A stretch of 61,603 bases of DNA, counting the filler, from Globobulimina sp. (lineage: Eukaryota), in assembly GCA_003354225.1 (NCBI GenBank). It is 25 parts of 25 records of this genome, joined end to end, with 100 filler letters (N's around TTAATTAATTAA, not from the genome) between each part and the next. Parts side by side here need not be neighbours in the genome. Positions count along the whole stretch, not along the records: positions 24,701 to 27,069 come from PIVH01007106.1; positions 27,170 to 29,537 come from PIVH01007107.1; positions 29,638 to 32,005 come from PIVH01007108.1; positions 32,106 to 34,473 come from PIVH01007109.1; positions 34,574 to 36,940 come from PIVH01007110.1; 20 more parts are not named here. The stretch is one strand, 5' to 3'. The notes beneath the pieces were generated by a model. The model saw only the letters and a program-made list of their open reading frames with translations. It was not told where the DNA came from and searched no databases. Every line of letters begins with the position of its first letter. Within the stretch, counting starts at the first letter, position 1. Position numbers and translations under genes: made by a program. Positions 24,727 through 34,627 of the stretch are shown in pieces.

Positions 24727-24866
24727 CCCCTCTAATAAGACTGCTCAGCAGTTATTAGGGATGAACCTGCCCATCAGGACTACCTGGTAGCTGATAGAAT
24801 GGTAGGTTGTCCGAACCCTTTGTGAGTGTATGTCTATTGTGGACCTGAAAAAGTGGCGAATAGACC
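24727..24866. ncRNA. Unidentified GC-rich structured element (three consecutive hairpins)
   Basis: Pairings: ctaataa(ga)ctgc/gcagttattag; aacctgcc..atcag..ctacc/ggtag.ctgat..ggtaggtt; gtctatt/aatagac. Confidence 0.35.
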
Positions 24867-24869
24867 TTA

Positions 24870-25820
24870 TTGTCTGTCTATTGTTGTATATCCACATTTT
24901 GGTTACAAATTATGATTTTTATCGCATGTACAGTCAAATCTGTTGGTTTAGATGCTGTTTATCGAGGATATTATGCCATCATTAAACAAAAATTGTATAC
25001 AGATAAACTTTGGTTAAATCAATTGTTGTTTGAGCCATTGGGCCATATCGTTTATTTAAATACGAGAGCTGGAAGAAATGCAAATGTTATTTATCGATTT
25101 TGCAGCAACATCGTAGGCATGGATTTGGACACAAAATGGAAACATTTTAATAATAATGTTACCAAAAATGGTGTTTTTATAACACAGCGGTTGAGCCTTT
25201 CCACACAATTTAAAGATCAGGAGGCAAAATTTGTTGATAATAAGGTTTATTTTACTGAATCGTATGGAGATGAAAAAAAGATGGATCCGTCAGACATGGA
25301 TCCGATGGAGGCATTTGGGTCATTTATGGGCAATGCATTTAAACATCAATTAGTTAAACGAGAGAAATATTTGCTGGACTTTGATAAAAGCAAAAACATC
25401 GCATCTATGATTGTGGAGAAGATTCCACATAAAAACTGTTGGAAAATACATCAAAGGGCGAATCCAGAAAAGACTTTTTGGACAGTTAATGAAGCAGTGT
25501 TTAATGCCATTACACGTGATACAAATGGTGAACTTGCAATTGATGATAATGACAAATGGGTGGTGGATGGTACTATTCGCAAACAATGTCGATACAGCAC
25601 ACAATTATCTGCTGTTAAATGCAGCGAAAACAAAGAGAATGATCCTTTACAGGAATTTGTTATTATTCCATCAGAAAAGAAAAATGAATGTTATGTATTA
25701 TCTGCTAAAAAATTGAATCGATTCTTATACTCTGTATATTTTAAAACAACAAAACCTGAAATGGTAGTATTGCCACAACCATCATATTGTTGCTCAAAAA
25801 CAACTTTATTTTTTGAATAA
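24870..25820 (+). CDS. Hypothetical protein (start uncertain)
   Basis: 316-codon ORF with protein-like composition. No motif recognised. Confidence 0.5.
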   Translation: MSVYCCISTFWLQIMIFIACTVKSVGLDAVYRGYYAIIKQKLYTDKLWLNQLLFEPLGHIVYLNTRAGRNANVIYRFCSNIVGMDLDTKWKHFNNNVTKNGVFITQRLSLSTQFKDQEAKFVDNKVYFTESYGDEKKMDPSDMDPMEAFGSFMGNAFKHQLVKREKYLLDFDKSKNIASMIVEKIPHKNCWKIHQRANPEKTFWTVNEAVFNAITRDTNGELAIDDNDKWVVDGTIRKQCRYSTQLSAVKCSENKENDPLQEFVIIPSEKKNECYVLSAKKLNRFLYSVYFKTTKPEMVVLPQPSYCCSKTTLFFE

Positions 25821-25943
25821 ATTAATATTGTTGTCACTTGTCACTATAAATACTGACCAATGACATCTATCTATATATAATTATTAATAACATTTAATTT
25901 TCTTATATATAAAACAAGCTCCACTAGTCTTGGCACCGCCACC

Positions 25944-26933
25944 ATGCCCACTTTACAACGAGCAAAAATACTGATGAAGTTATTTCAAGTAATCGGTCTC
26001 CTTACATCATTATCAGGCACAGTATCAGTGATAATGAAATTCGTATATCAAGAAAACGCCAATGAATTCTCGGATGCATGCTGTGGTTATATCAACGATC
26101 TTGATGCAAATTGCAATATCAACCAATATGAAACCTATGGATTTAGCAAAGATATCAATAATATTTGTACCGTAAATAACATGACCTGCAATGCATTTCC
26201 GTCAGTAAATCAATCTGATGGTGAATATTATAATGGTTATTATTATGTATCCAAGGGAGGTAATTTTAGTTATTGTACAGTGAATGAAACCAATATCAAT
26301 AACCATATCACAGAAGTCATTCATTTCAATTTAGATGAAACTGCATTATTAAATGCAACATGTACGCAACAGAACTTACATGACTCAATCAATTGGGCAA
26401 ATGATCAGGTAATCAACTTCTTATTATGGTTCATTGCTGCATTTCCGGGTTTCTTTTTGAGTTTTTCTCTCTCGATCACAGAGGTTTTTTCTCAAAAACT
26501 CAATGAGATATTAAAAGGGGTTTTGTGTGTTTTATGCTGTCCGTGTGTTATATGCTGTCAATGTCAAGGCGAATGTAAAGGTTCTGCTTTAATTGCAAAT
26601 ATTGGATATTATTTTGCTAAATTTGTATTATATGCATTGGCCAAAGCAGGTAATGATCAATTTAACTCAGGAATTAATGATTCATTGTATTTTGGAATAA
26701 ATGATTGGAGTGGAGAATCATTCAATATTTTTGCAAATTGCTATGGTGGATATAATCCATTGGTTTATGATAATACAATAATTCATCATCGTTTCAGCAT
26801 TATTGATCAAATTGTTACGATATGTGTTTATATTGGATATGGTTTGACTGTCGTTCAGTTTTTATTGAATCAATATATTGATAAATTAAAACAAGATGAA
26901 GGGGAGGGCGATGAGCCATTTCTTGTAAACTGA
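25944..26933 (+). CDS. Multi-pass membrane glycoprotein with Cys/Asn-rich luminal loop
   Basis: N-terminal TM, Cys-rich loop with several NxS/T sites, CCPCVICC segment and C-terminal TM. TATA-like tatataaaa upstream and GCCACCATG start context. Confidence 0.7.
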   Translation: MPTLQRAKILMKLFQVIGLLTSLSGTVSVIMKFVYQENANEFSDACCGYINDLDANCNINQYETYGFSKDINNICTVNNMTCNAFPSVNQSDGEYYNGYYYVSKGGNFSYCTVNETNINNHITEVIHFNLDETALLNATCTQQNLHDSINWANDQVINFLLWFIAAFPGFFLSFSLSITEVFSQKLNEILKGVLCVLCCPCVICCQCQGECKGSALIANIGYYFAKFVLYALAKAGNDQFNSGINDSLYFGINDWSGESFNIFANCYGGYNPLVYDNTIIHHRFSIIDQIVTICVYIGYGLTVVQFLLNQYIDKLKQDEGEGDEPFLVN

Positions 26934-27169
26934 TAATTGAAGAACATTCCAATGCAATTTCTAGTTATTGTTTTGTTGAATTCCTTTAATGTTGAAAAAA
27001 CTTCAACACATTTTTCTTTAGTTCAGCAATTAGCTTCATTCCACTCATTATTACGGTTGTTTTACTGCTNNNNNNNNNNNNNNNNNNNNNNNNNNNNNNN
27101 NNNNNNNNNNNNNTTAATTAATTAANNNNNNNNNNNNNNNNNNNNNNNNNNNNNNNNNNNNNNNNNNNN

Positions 27170-29140
27170 GGCAACAAACAGCATAGTGAACCGACAGAAA
27201 CACCACAAACAGACAAAGACATTGCAACTGTTACCCAATCAAAAAAACGGGATAATGCAAATTCACCATGGGTTTCTGGTGTACCAAGTCGTGAAAGACG
27301 GTTAAGAAAGGAGATGAAAGGTTGGAATACGTACTACGATGATGATGAGAAATCTAAACAATTTATAAAAAATACCACATTGGTTCATGTTAAGCATAAT
27401 ACATTCAAATCCACAATGAAAGGTCCTTTGAAAACACCCTACGAAGCAGGCATATACATCCTAAACATTGAATTCCCGCAAGATTATCCATTTAAACCTC
27501 CAAGGATAAAATTTCAAAACCCACCATTTTGCTGTAATGTTTATGGAAACGAAAAATTCGACAAAAGCTTAGGCAGCAATACCAACGAAAAGGACAATGA
27601 AGAGAAAACTGAACCAGATGCAAATTTTGGTTCATTTTCATTGTACATTTTAAGAGATAGATGGTCTCCGGCACTCACTATCACAAAGGTATTGCAACGG
27701 ATATATATAGACCTATTTTTCGAATGTGGTTATATTGACGAGAGTAGTAATGTTGATCCAAAATTGGAATACAGAAAGCAATTATTTGCAAACGATTTTA
27801 GTTTATTTCTTTACAAAGCATCATTATATAACGAAATTTATGCAAATGGTGTAGCTGCGACGTACTTTATTAATCCGCAAATAACTGACACAGAATATGA
27901 ATCATGTATTTCCATCATTGTCTCAATCTGTTCACAAAAATATAGTTTACCATCTTCCTTAATTCACAATTGTCTGATTCAATATTATGGAGTGCAGAGA
28001 GCATATTGTGGTCTAAGTCAATATTTTAATTACAATAAATTTCAGATTACAAAAGTTGCAAAATCAATTCAAGAAAAGCCTGAACCAGCTGCTCCACAAA
28101 CAATTAGTTCCCATATTCACGCCCATCCAGGATCTCGTGGTGCTGTTGGGTTTGGTGGATGTAGCATGCAGATATTCATTAAAACATTGGCTGGGAAGAC
28201 AATCACTTTGGATGTAGAGGCAAATGATACAATTCAAAATGTTAAAGCAAAACTCCAGGATCGCGAAGGCATTCCACCTGAACAAATGCGATTAATTTTT
28301 GCTGGGAAACAGTTGGAAGATGGGAGAACTTTAAGCGATTATATGATACAAAAAGAATCGACATTACATTTGGTGTTAAGATTAAGAGGCGAAGGAAACA
28401 TTGCTATTCAAACAAAACATGGTTCTTTTACTTTGAATGACGATGATATTATTGGTGATATTCATAAAATAATGTTGGAAAAATGTTCAGTTTCAAAAAT
28501 GAAATTTAAAGCAAATTATTCTTTTAAACAGATTGGAGTTAATTATGAGGCTTTGAATAACCTGAAATATTTACATAAGAAAGCACAGATATTTATGTGT
28601 TCAAATGTTATTACCAATTTTGATGCAGTTTGCTCATCGATTATTGAACATTGTATTGCATACTCACGACTTACAAATATTGAATGGACAGATTTTTCGT
28701 TGACTGAGTTAGGTTTAGATTGTGTGGTGTTGGATTGGTGTAAAATATTATTTGAATCGAATATTTTCAAAGATAAAATGAAAGAATTTAATGTTTCCAA
28801 ATTGAAAATAAAAGGGAGTGTATTACATGAATATGCAGATAATGTGATAAATGAAAATATTTGTGGCTTGAAGAAACATTATAAAAATGTTAAAATTGGT
28901 ATAAAAGGAGATGTTAATGGAGATCATAAAGATGGAAGTGATATGACAATTGATTTATGTCTAGGTAAAGATTTTAAAGGTGGTTCAATTAATTTTAAGC
29001 TAAGTGAAAACGAATTAGTTCAACTTAAAAATCGTCATAAAGGACAATGTTTATTTTTTGATGGAGATGTTATTCATAATGTTACACCCATTACAAATGG
29101 ACATAGAGTTCAGTTGGTTGTATTTTGTACATTTGATTGA
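27170..29140 (+). CDS. Fusion protein: UBC/E2-like domain (catalytic Cys replaced by Ser) + ubiquitin domain + 2OG-Fe(II) dioxygenase; 5'-truncated
   Basis: [38 protein letters not shown], then [16 protein letters not shown] (28166-28393), then [18 protein letters not shown]. Confidence 0.88.
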   Translation, partial: GNKQHSEPTETPQTDKDIATVTQSKKRDNANSPWVSGVPSRERRLRKEMKGWNTYYDDDEKSKQFIKNTTLVHVKHNTFKSTMKGPLKTPYEAGIYILNIEFPQDYPFKPPRIKFQNPPFCCNVYGNEKFDKSLGSNTNEKDNEEKTEPDANFGSFSLYILRDRWSPALTITKVLQRIYIDLFFECGYIDESSNVDPKLEYRKQLFANDFSLFLYKASLYNEIYANGVAATYFINPQITDTEYESCISIIVSICSQKYSLPSSLIHNCLIQYYGVQRAYCGLSQYFNYNKFQITKVAKSIQEKPEPAAPQTISSHIHAHPGSRGAVGFGGCSMQIFIKTLAGKTITLDVEANDTIQNVKAKLQDREGIPPEQMRLIFAGKQLEDGRTLSDYMIQKESTLHLVLRLRGEGNIAIQTKHGSFTLNDDDIIGDIHKIMLEKCSVSKMKFKANYSFKQIGVNYEALNNLKYLHKKAQIFMCSNVITNFDAVCSSIIEHCIAYSRLTNIEWTDFSLTELGLDCVVLDWCKILFESNIFKDKMKEFNVSKLKIKGSVLHEYADNVINENICGLKKHYKNVKIGIKGDVNGDHKDGSDMTIDLCLGKDFKGGSINFKLSENELVQLKNRHKGQCLFFDGDVIHNVTPITNGHRVQLVVFCTFD

Positions 29141-29273
29141 TTTAATGACTTCGAAACAACTGTTTAATACAAACATAAAACCATTTCTTGGACCACTGGT
29201 AGTTTTTCATTTTTTAAGTGGGTTTTTCTTGGTGAGTTCGTCAACATCTTTGGTGTATATATAAAAAACAAAA

Positions 29274-29537
29274 ATGAAACCACGCAAATCAATGATTAGT
29301 AAAAAAAAGAAGAAATCACAAAAAGAGATAGTACGAGAAAATGTATATTTTGATGAAGAATTAGAGCCCGTAGAAGTTCAAATGATTCCCGAAGATCAAT
29401 TAGATTTAAATGATGCAGAATTAGATGAAGAATTTACAAAAACATTGACCTGTTTAGATCCAAATCAAACATCAAAGATCACACATTTTAATTTTAAAAA
29501 AGGTGAATTTGAATCACGTCCAAATAATCAACATATT
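29274..29537 (+). CDS. DNAI1: Axonemal dynein intermediate chain 1, N-terminal fragment
   Basis: PEDQLDLNDAELDEEFTKTLTCLDPN...ITHFNFKKGEF resembles the DNAI1/IC78 segment [25 protein letters not shown]. Confidence 0.72.
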
Positions 29538-29637
29538 NNNNNNNNNNNNNNNNNNNNNNNNNNNNNNNNNNNNNNNNNNNNTTAATTAATTAANNNNNNN
29601 NNNNNNNNNNNNNNNNNNNNNNNNNNNNNNNNNNNNN

Positions 29638-30128
29638 TTGTTTTTTGTGGTAATTTTATGGGGACATTGTTATATTTATTTTTGTTATGGGGCAGTATGA
29701 CCCATTTTGGGCATAGAGATACGACTAAATACGATGCATTTAAACAGGTTTTATGCAAAGTGACAACCGGCAAATCATTGGGTTATCAAGAAACAGGTGG
29801 AGCTGCTGGATGGTTTGCATCATTATTTAACGGAATAATGTGTAATTGGATGGTGACAATGGGCGTATTATTATCCTTTTCGAGCAAAGCAACCATTGGG
29901 AAAATATTTGCAATGTATATCCCGATTGCATTATTTATAACGTTAGGCTTCGAACATTCGATTGTGAATTTATTTTTATTTCCTGCGGGTTTGGCTTATA
30001 AATGTAATACATATAATTTTGTTCAGTGGTGGCTGTGGAATCAAATTCCTGTTACTTTAGGAAATATAGTTGGCGGTATTTGCTTAACGGGGATTATGTA
30101 TTTTATCATTTGGGACAAAAAACTTTAA
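29638..30128 (+). CDS. Formate/nitrite transporter (FNT family), 5'-truncated
   Basis: FNT signatures GNFMG, GIMCNWMV, GKIFAMYIPI, FEHSIVNLF and NQIPVTLGNIVGG. Confidence 0.93.
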
Positions 30129-30564
30129 TTTGCCTTCTCTTCTTTTATTTAATTTAATTTTTAAAAAAATATTTTACACTTCGTGGAGACTCCTCTGGTG
30201 GTGTCGACTGTTACTTTGTTGTTTTAAAGGAAATGGTAAGAAATTAAGGTTTTGAGTAGGTTTTTCACCGAAAATTAATCACCAACGCAACATCACGTAG
30301 TAGCTGAACACGAAAAATGAAACAAAGAGAAATAAAATTTTAAGCATATTTCTTCATAGAGCTATGAGCTATATAACCTTGATAGCTCTATAACCTTTGA
30401 TGTCATATATATGCGTAATATATGACGTCATCCGCGTACTTATGATTGTCTTTAATTATATATCTCTCACTAAATCCCACCAGCTCATAACATTCGGAAT
30501 ATCGCACAAATAATAATTTGTTTATTTCGGAGATTCAAATATTTGGTTTCATAATTCATTCAAT

Positions 30565-31209
30565 ATGCAAATGTTTATAGTTGAAATAAAGAAGAATATT
30601 ATAATAGTTTCATTTTGCGATGAAGAAATACAAAGAAAAACTATGTGTGGTGTTTCTTGTTTTTACGAAGATCCCTTATATGCACTTAAATATATAAAGA
30701 AAGCCAAATTATTTGGAGCAAAGTTCAAAATTGCCTGTAAAGAGTACGATGGCCATAATAATAGTTTAGAAAACATAATATCGTACTTTCAATTAAGTTT
30801 GAACAAACATGATATTTTAAAAGAAGAACGCAACTTATTCATTGAATTAAAAAAAATAGTAAAAGGGGCGAAAAACGATTATTATGTTGTTACATTGGTG
30901 AAAATGAATAAATTAACTCTGGAACATGAGTTGGTGCATTCGGCTTATTATTTCAACAAAAAATATCAGCAACAAATAAAAAGGATATATGATACGGAGT
31001 TATCTAAGGACTTAAAAAGAGAAATAGTAAAATATTTAAAAACATACAATGAAAAGAAGCATGTGGATGAATTCTCTGCATATATGGTTTCTGACCATAT
31101 GGCTTTACTACAAGATACAAAGAAGAAGAAGAAAAGAGTTCTGACCGATGAATTGACTGCACTCAAAAATAAAATCCTCAACATTTATCATTCATTGCCA
31201 GCACCATAA
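30565..31209 (+). CDS. Hypothetical protein with HExxH zincin-like motif
   Basis: TLEHELVHSAYY followed by DEFSAY. Confidence 0.55.
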   Translation: MQMFIVEIKKNIIIVSFCDEEIQRKTMCGVSCFYEDPLYALKYIKKAKLFGAKFKIACKEYDGHNNSLENIISYFQLSLNKHDILKEERNLFIELKKIVKGAKNDYYVVTLVKMNKLTLEHELVHSAYYFNKKYQQQIKRIYDTELSKDLKREIVKYLKTYNEKKHVDEFSAYMVSDHMALLQDTKKKKKRVLTDELTALKNKILNIYHSLPAP

Positions 31210-31489
31210 TTATGTCTTGTGATTCCTATGTTCTTTGACATCTGATCTGTTATTTGTTTTTTGTCAATTTTGTGTGCGTCAATGTTTTATTTTTGTTTCG
31301 TCTGCTTATGAATTTTGATGTCTTTTAATACTTTGTAAACAAAAATAAATGATAGTATTACTACTGTACAACCTTTGCGATATGTGATAATATTGAAAAA
31401 AAAAATGACAATCACTGATCGCCCGCATTGCCCGATACTAAAACTAGGGCCATGTACAAAACACTTGCAACAATAAAAAATGAACCTTA

Positions 31490-32005
31490 TCAAATTCTTT
31501 TGAAAGCAGTCTGAGGGAATTTCTGTTTATTTGTTTTAATTTTATTATAAAACTGTTCAAACTTTTCATCCGTAATTTGCATTTTGTTAATAATCGCCTC
31601 TGCTCCGCCATCATTGATAAATGCTTTATTGTCATACATATCGCCATCCTTTTCAACTTCGAATATGAAGGGCAATATTTGTATAATATCCTGTGGATAG
31701 AACCTCTGTGTCTGTCCATTAAAATACAAATAACATTTTATCTCATCCTGTGCTTCCACGTGAAAACTAAATGTAATCAATTTCCCAGCCACTGAGGTTA
31801 ACGATGTCAGTGTCACACTTTCCTTTGCTGTCTTACTCGCATTTTTATCATTACTTAAATTGAGGATTTTCCGTTCATTCTTTCCATCCTTAAATCCTTT
31901 CCTCGGTATTAAACATTGTCGGACAGACTCAAAGTACCATTCAGCCACATGTTGCGATGGAATTGTATCCGCCACATACGGTGGCTCAAATATTGCAATT
32001 TCGTG
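31490..32005 (-). CDS. Hypothetical protein, 5'-truncated
   Basis: Open frame from the contig end to the stop at 31490. No motif recognised. Confidence 0.45.
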   Translation of the reverse strand, partial: HEIAIFEPPYVADTIPSQHVAEWYFESVRQCLIPRKGFKDGKNERKILNLSNDKNASKTAKESVTLTSLTSVAGKLITFSFHVEAQDEIKCYLYFNGQTQRFYPQDIIQILPFIFEVEKDGDMYDNKAFINDGGAEAIINKMQITDEKFEQFYNKIKTNKQKFPQTAFKRI

Positions 32006-32105
32006 NNNNNNNNNNNNNNNNNNNNNNNNNNNNNNNNNNNNNNNNNNNNTTAATTAATTAANNNNNNNNNNNNNNNNNNNNNNNNNNNNNNNNNNNNNNN
32101 NNNNN

Positions 32106-33950
32106 GTAAGAAGCTTTTTACCTTTCGTGAATCTTAGATATAAGCGCTTTGCAGGTCTTCTTAACAAACAAGCCATGGATCTGTCGAAGTGCTTTAGCCC
32201 TCTGTACACAGAGGAAATCAAGGAAATGTTTGATAAAATTATTGAATCAAATAGCATATTTAATGCTGAAAATGATAAAAAATTAGATGATCGATTACCA
32301 ATGGAAGCTATAGTTGTTTGTTTTGATCGTAGTGCCTCAATGAATGAAAAATGTTTCTCAAAGAATAAAGATGCATTATCCCGCTTAGAAGTAATTAAAG
32401 AATGTTGGCATGCATATATAAACAGATCAAATGCATATGATTTCCCAAACGAAATTGGTTTAATTTTATTTGATTCAGTTGTTGAAAAAACCTGCGATAT
32501 TACATCATCATATGAGCAATTTTTACGTAAAGTGGAAGAGATTGACACCGGCGGTATGACAGCCTTAAGAGACGCCGTTGAAGAAGCTGCAAAATTATTA
32601 ATTAAATGGAAAAATAATAAAGTTGAAAAACAACGACGTAGAGAAAGTAAATTAAGAATTATTGCGTTAACAGATGGAGCCGATAATAATAGCACTATTC
32701 AAGAATTTGAGGTTGTAAACTTATTAAATAAAAACGATATTATATTAGATGCGATATCAATCGGTGAACATAACAAATCATTGCATGCAATGGCTAAAGC
32801 AACGGGAGGATATATATTTGTACCATCCACTTTAATTGACACAATACGCATATTTGAATTAGAATCATTTTTATCAATCACTGAAAGACAATTGCCACAA
32901 ATTAAACATATTACAAACAACTCATTTGGCCATTTAAAAACTACTCCAACAGATATCTGTACATTTGATATTGTTCCATCTGGCAAACTTATTCCACATT
33001 TAGTGGCAAATAATAATACACAGTCATTGAAAGTTGTGATGGATGAAATTGGTTTTGATGTGACTGGTAATGTTACCGTATCAAAAAAACAACGGTATCA
33101 ACGTGTTATGCGTGAAATGACTGCAATGTTAAAGCAACCACATCCGTGTTATGATATATATCCATGTGAAAAAGATATTTATTTTTGTTGAGTATATTTT
33201 GTAATTTGCACACAAGTGAAGTGACACAACATTAACATAAATAATATATAAAAAGGGAAAGTTGTGCTTGAATGTCCAGTGGAAAATCATAGTTCAGCAT
33301 ATGAGGGTGGTGTATGGTTATTATATGTATCATTTTGCGATGACTACCCGTCAAAAGCACCGACAATGCGATTTGTTACACCAATAAAACATGTCAATGT
33401 AAATTGTTATGGGCGTATATGTCATTCGATATTTTCAACCAATTATACTCGTGATTTGACCATAAAAAATATATTTTCAAATGTTTATGGTATTCTGTTG
33501 CATCCAGATTTTGATAATCCGTTGGATAATGTATTAAGGACTGAATATGGCGATGATCGACAGTCATTCTTTTTGTCGGTGGAGAAGCATACTGAGAAAT
33601 ATGCAAAGAAACCACATGCAAATTCAAGAAAAGATTGGATGAAACGGTTATGCAATGATGAGAAAGATGATGATGATGATGATGAGAAATTGAATAATGA
33701 ACCAATATTAAAACAGCGAAATCAAATATCAATTATTTCAATTTATGGAGGCGTAAAAAAGCGAATTAATTTGAGAAGAAATGAATATACAATCAAGTTT
33801 TTAAAATCGAAATTACGCTTAAAATATAAATCAAAAGGGTTAAATGGAGAATTTATTGTAAAAACTGATACAGGCCATGTTATCAAACACGATAGTGATA
33901 TTATTAGATATTTGCCTGATGCTCCACTATTATATATTATTCAAAAGTAA
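32106..33950 (+). CDS. VWA domain + ubiquitin-conjugating enzyme (E2) fusion, 2 exons (intron 33187-33255), 5'-truncated
   Basis: MIDAS motifs DRSASM, GMTALRDA and LTDGADN. Splicing restores DIYF-W-KVVLE. E2 core YEGGVW..DYPSKAP..HVNVNCYGRICHSIF with the catalytic Cys intact. Confidence 0.88.
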
Positions 33951-34344
33951 TGTGTTGTTAATAGATAATAAATTGTTGATTAGTAAGTCTGGCTCACCTT
34001 AAACATCCCGACTAGGTTATCGATTACAAAACACGTTTTTTTGTTGCAAGATGTTGACTACTTTTACTCAAAAAGCATTCAAGCATTAAACCATGTCTAA
34101 CTAAACTATGCATGGACATACAGTATACGTCAGACGTGTTACGCAACTCAATCATTTAAAGGCGTTGTCCCAACTTGTAGAATTTGAAAGGTAGTTTCGC
34201 AGTTGTCCCAACATGCACACCGTCAAATTTGAAAGAAAGAGTGGATATTGTTATCCACAGTCTGCGTCGTCCTTCCCACGCTGGATAAATATTCGCATCG
34301 CAGTGTTCATAAACACCCATTTGCTCTATCACTGGGGGTTATTA

Positions 34345-34473
34345 ATGGCTTGCAATCAATGCGGTTGTCAGTGTAAAGCATATGAACAATCAACATCTAA
34401 ATGGAGCAAAGGAAAATGTAAACATTGCTCACATTCTCAAAAGCATCACAAATCCCATCCTGGCAATCAAATT
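34345..34473 (+). CDS. N-terminal Cys/His zinc-binding domain protein, 3'-truncated
   Basis: MACNQCGCQC...CKHCSHSQKHH. Confidence 0.5.
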
Positions 34474-34627
34474 NNNNNNNNNNNNNNNNNNNNNNNNNNN
34501 NNNNNNNNNNNNNNNNNTTAATTAATTAANNNNNNNNNNNNNNNNNNNNNNNNNNNNNNNNNNNNNNNNNNNNTCCTTTATTTCATTCATTTATTTTCTT
34601 GATAGTTAGCGTAAATTCTTTGTGCAG

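Noticed and set aside
24831-24866. HDV-like (GGCGAAT) or hammerhead-like (CTGA..GAA) ribozyme
   Set aside because: There is too little sequence between the P2 strands for an HDV fold, and the CUGANGA and GAAA cores are not matched.
27170-33950. Apparent cluster of two E2 fusions and an FNT
   Set aside because: They lie on three different contigs, so the proximity comes from concatenation.
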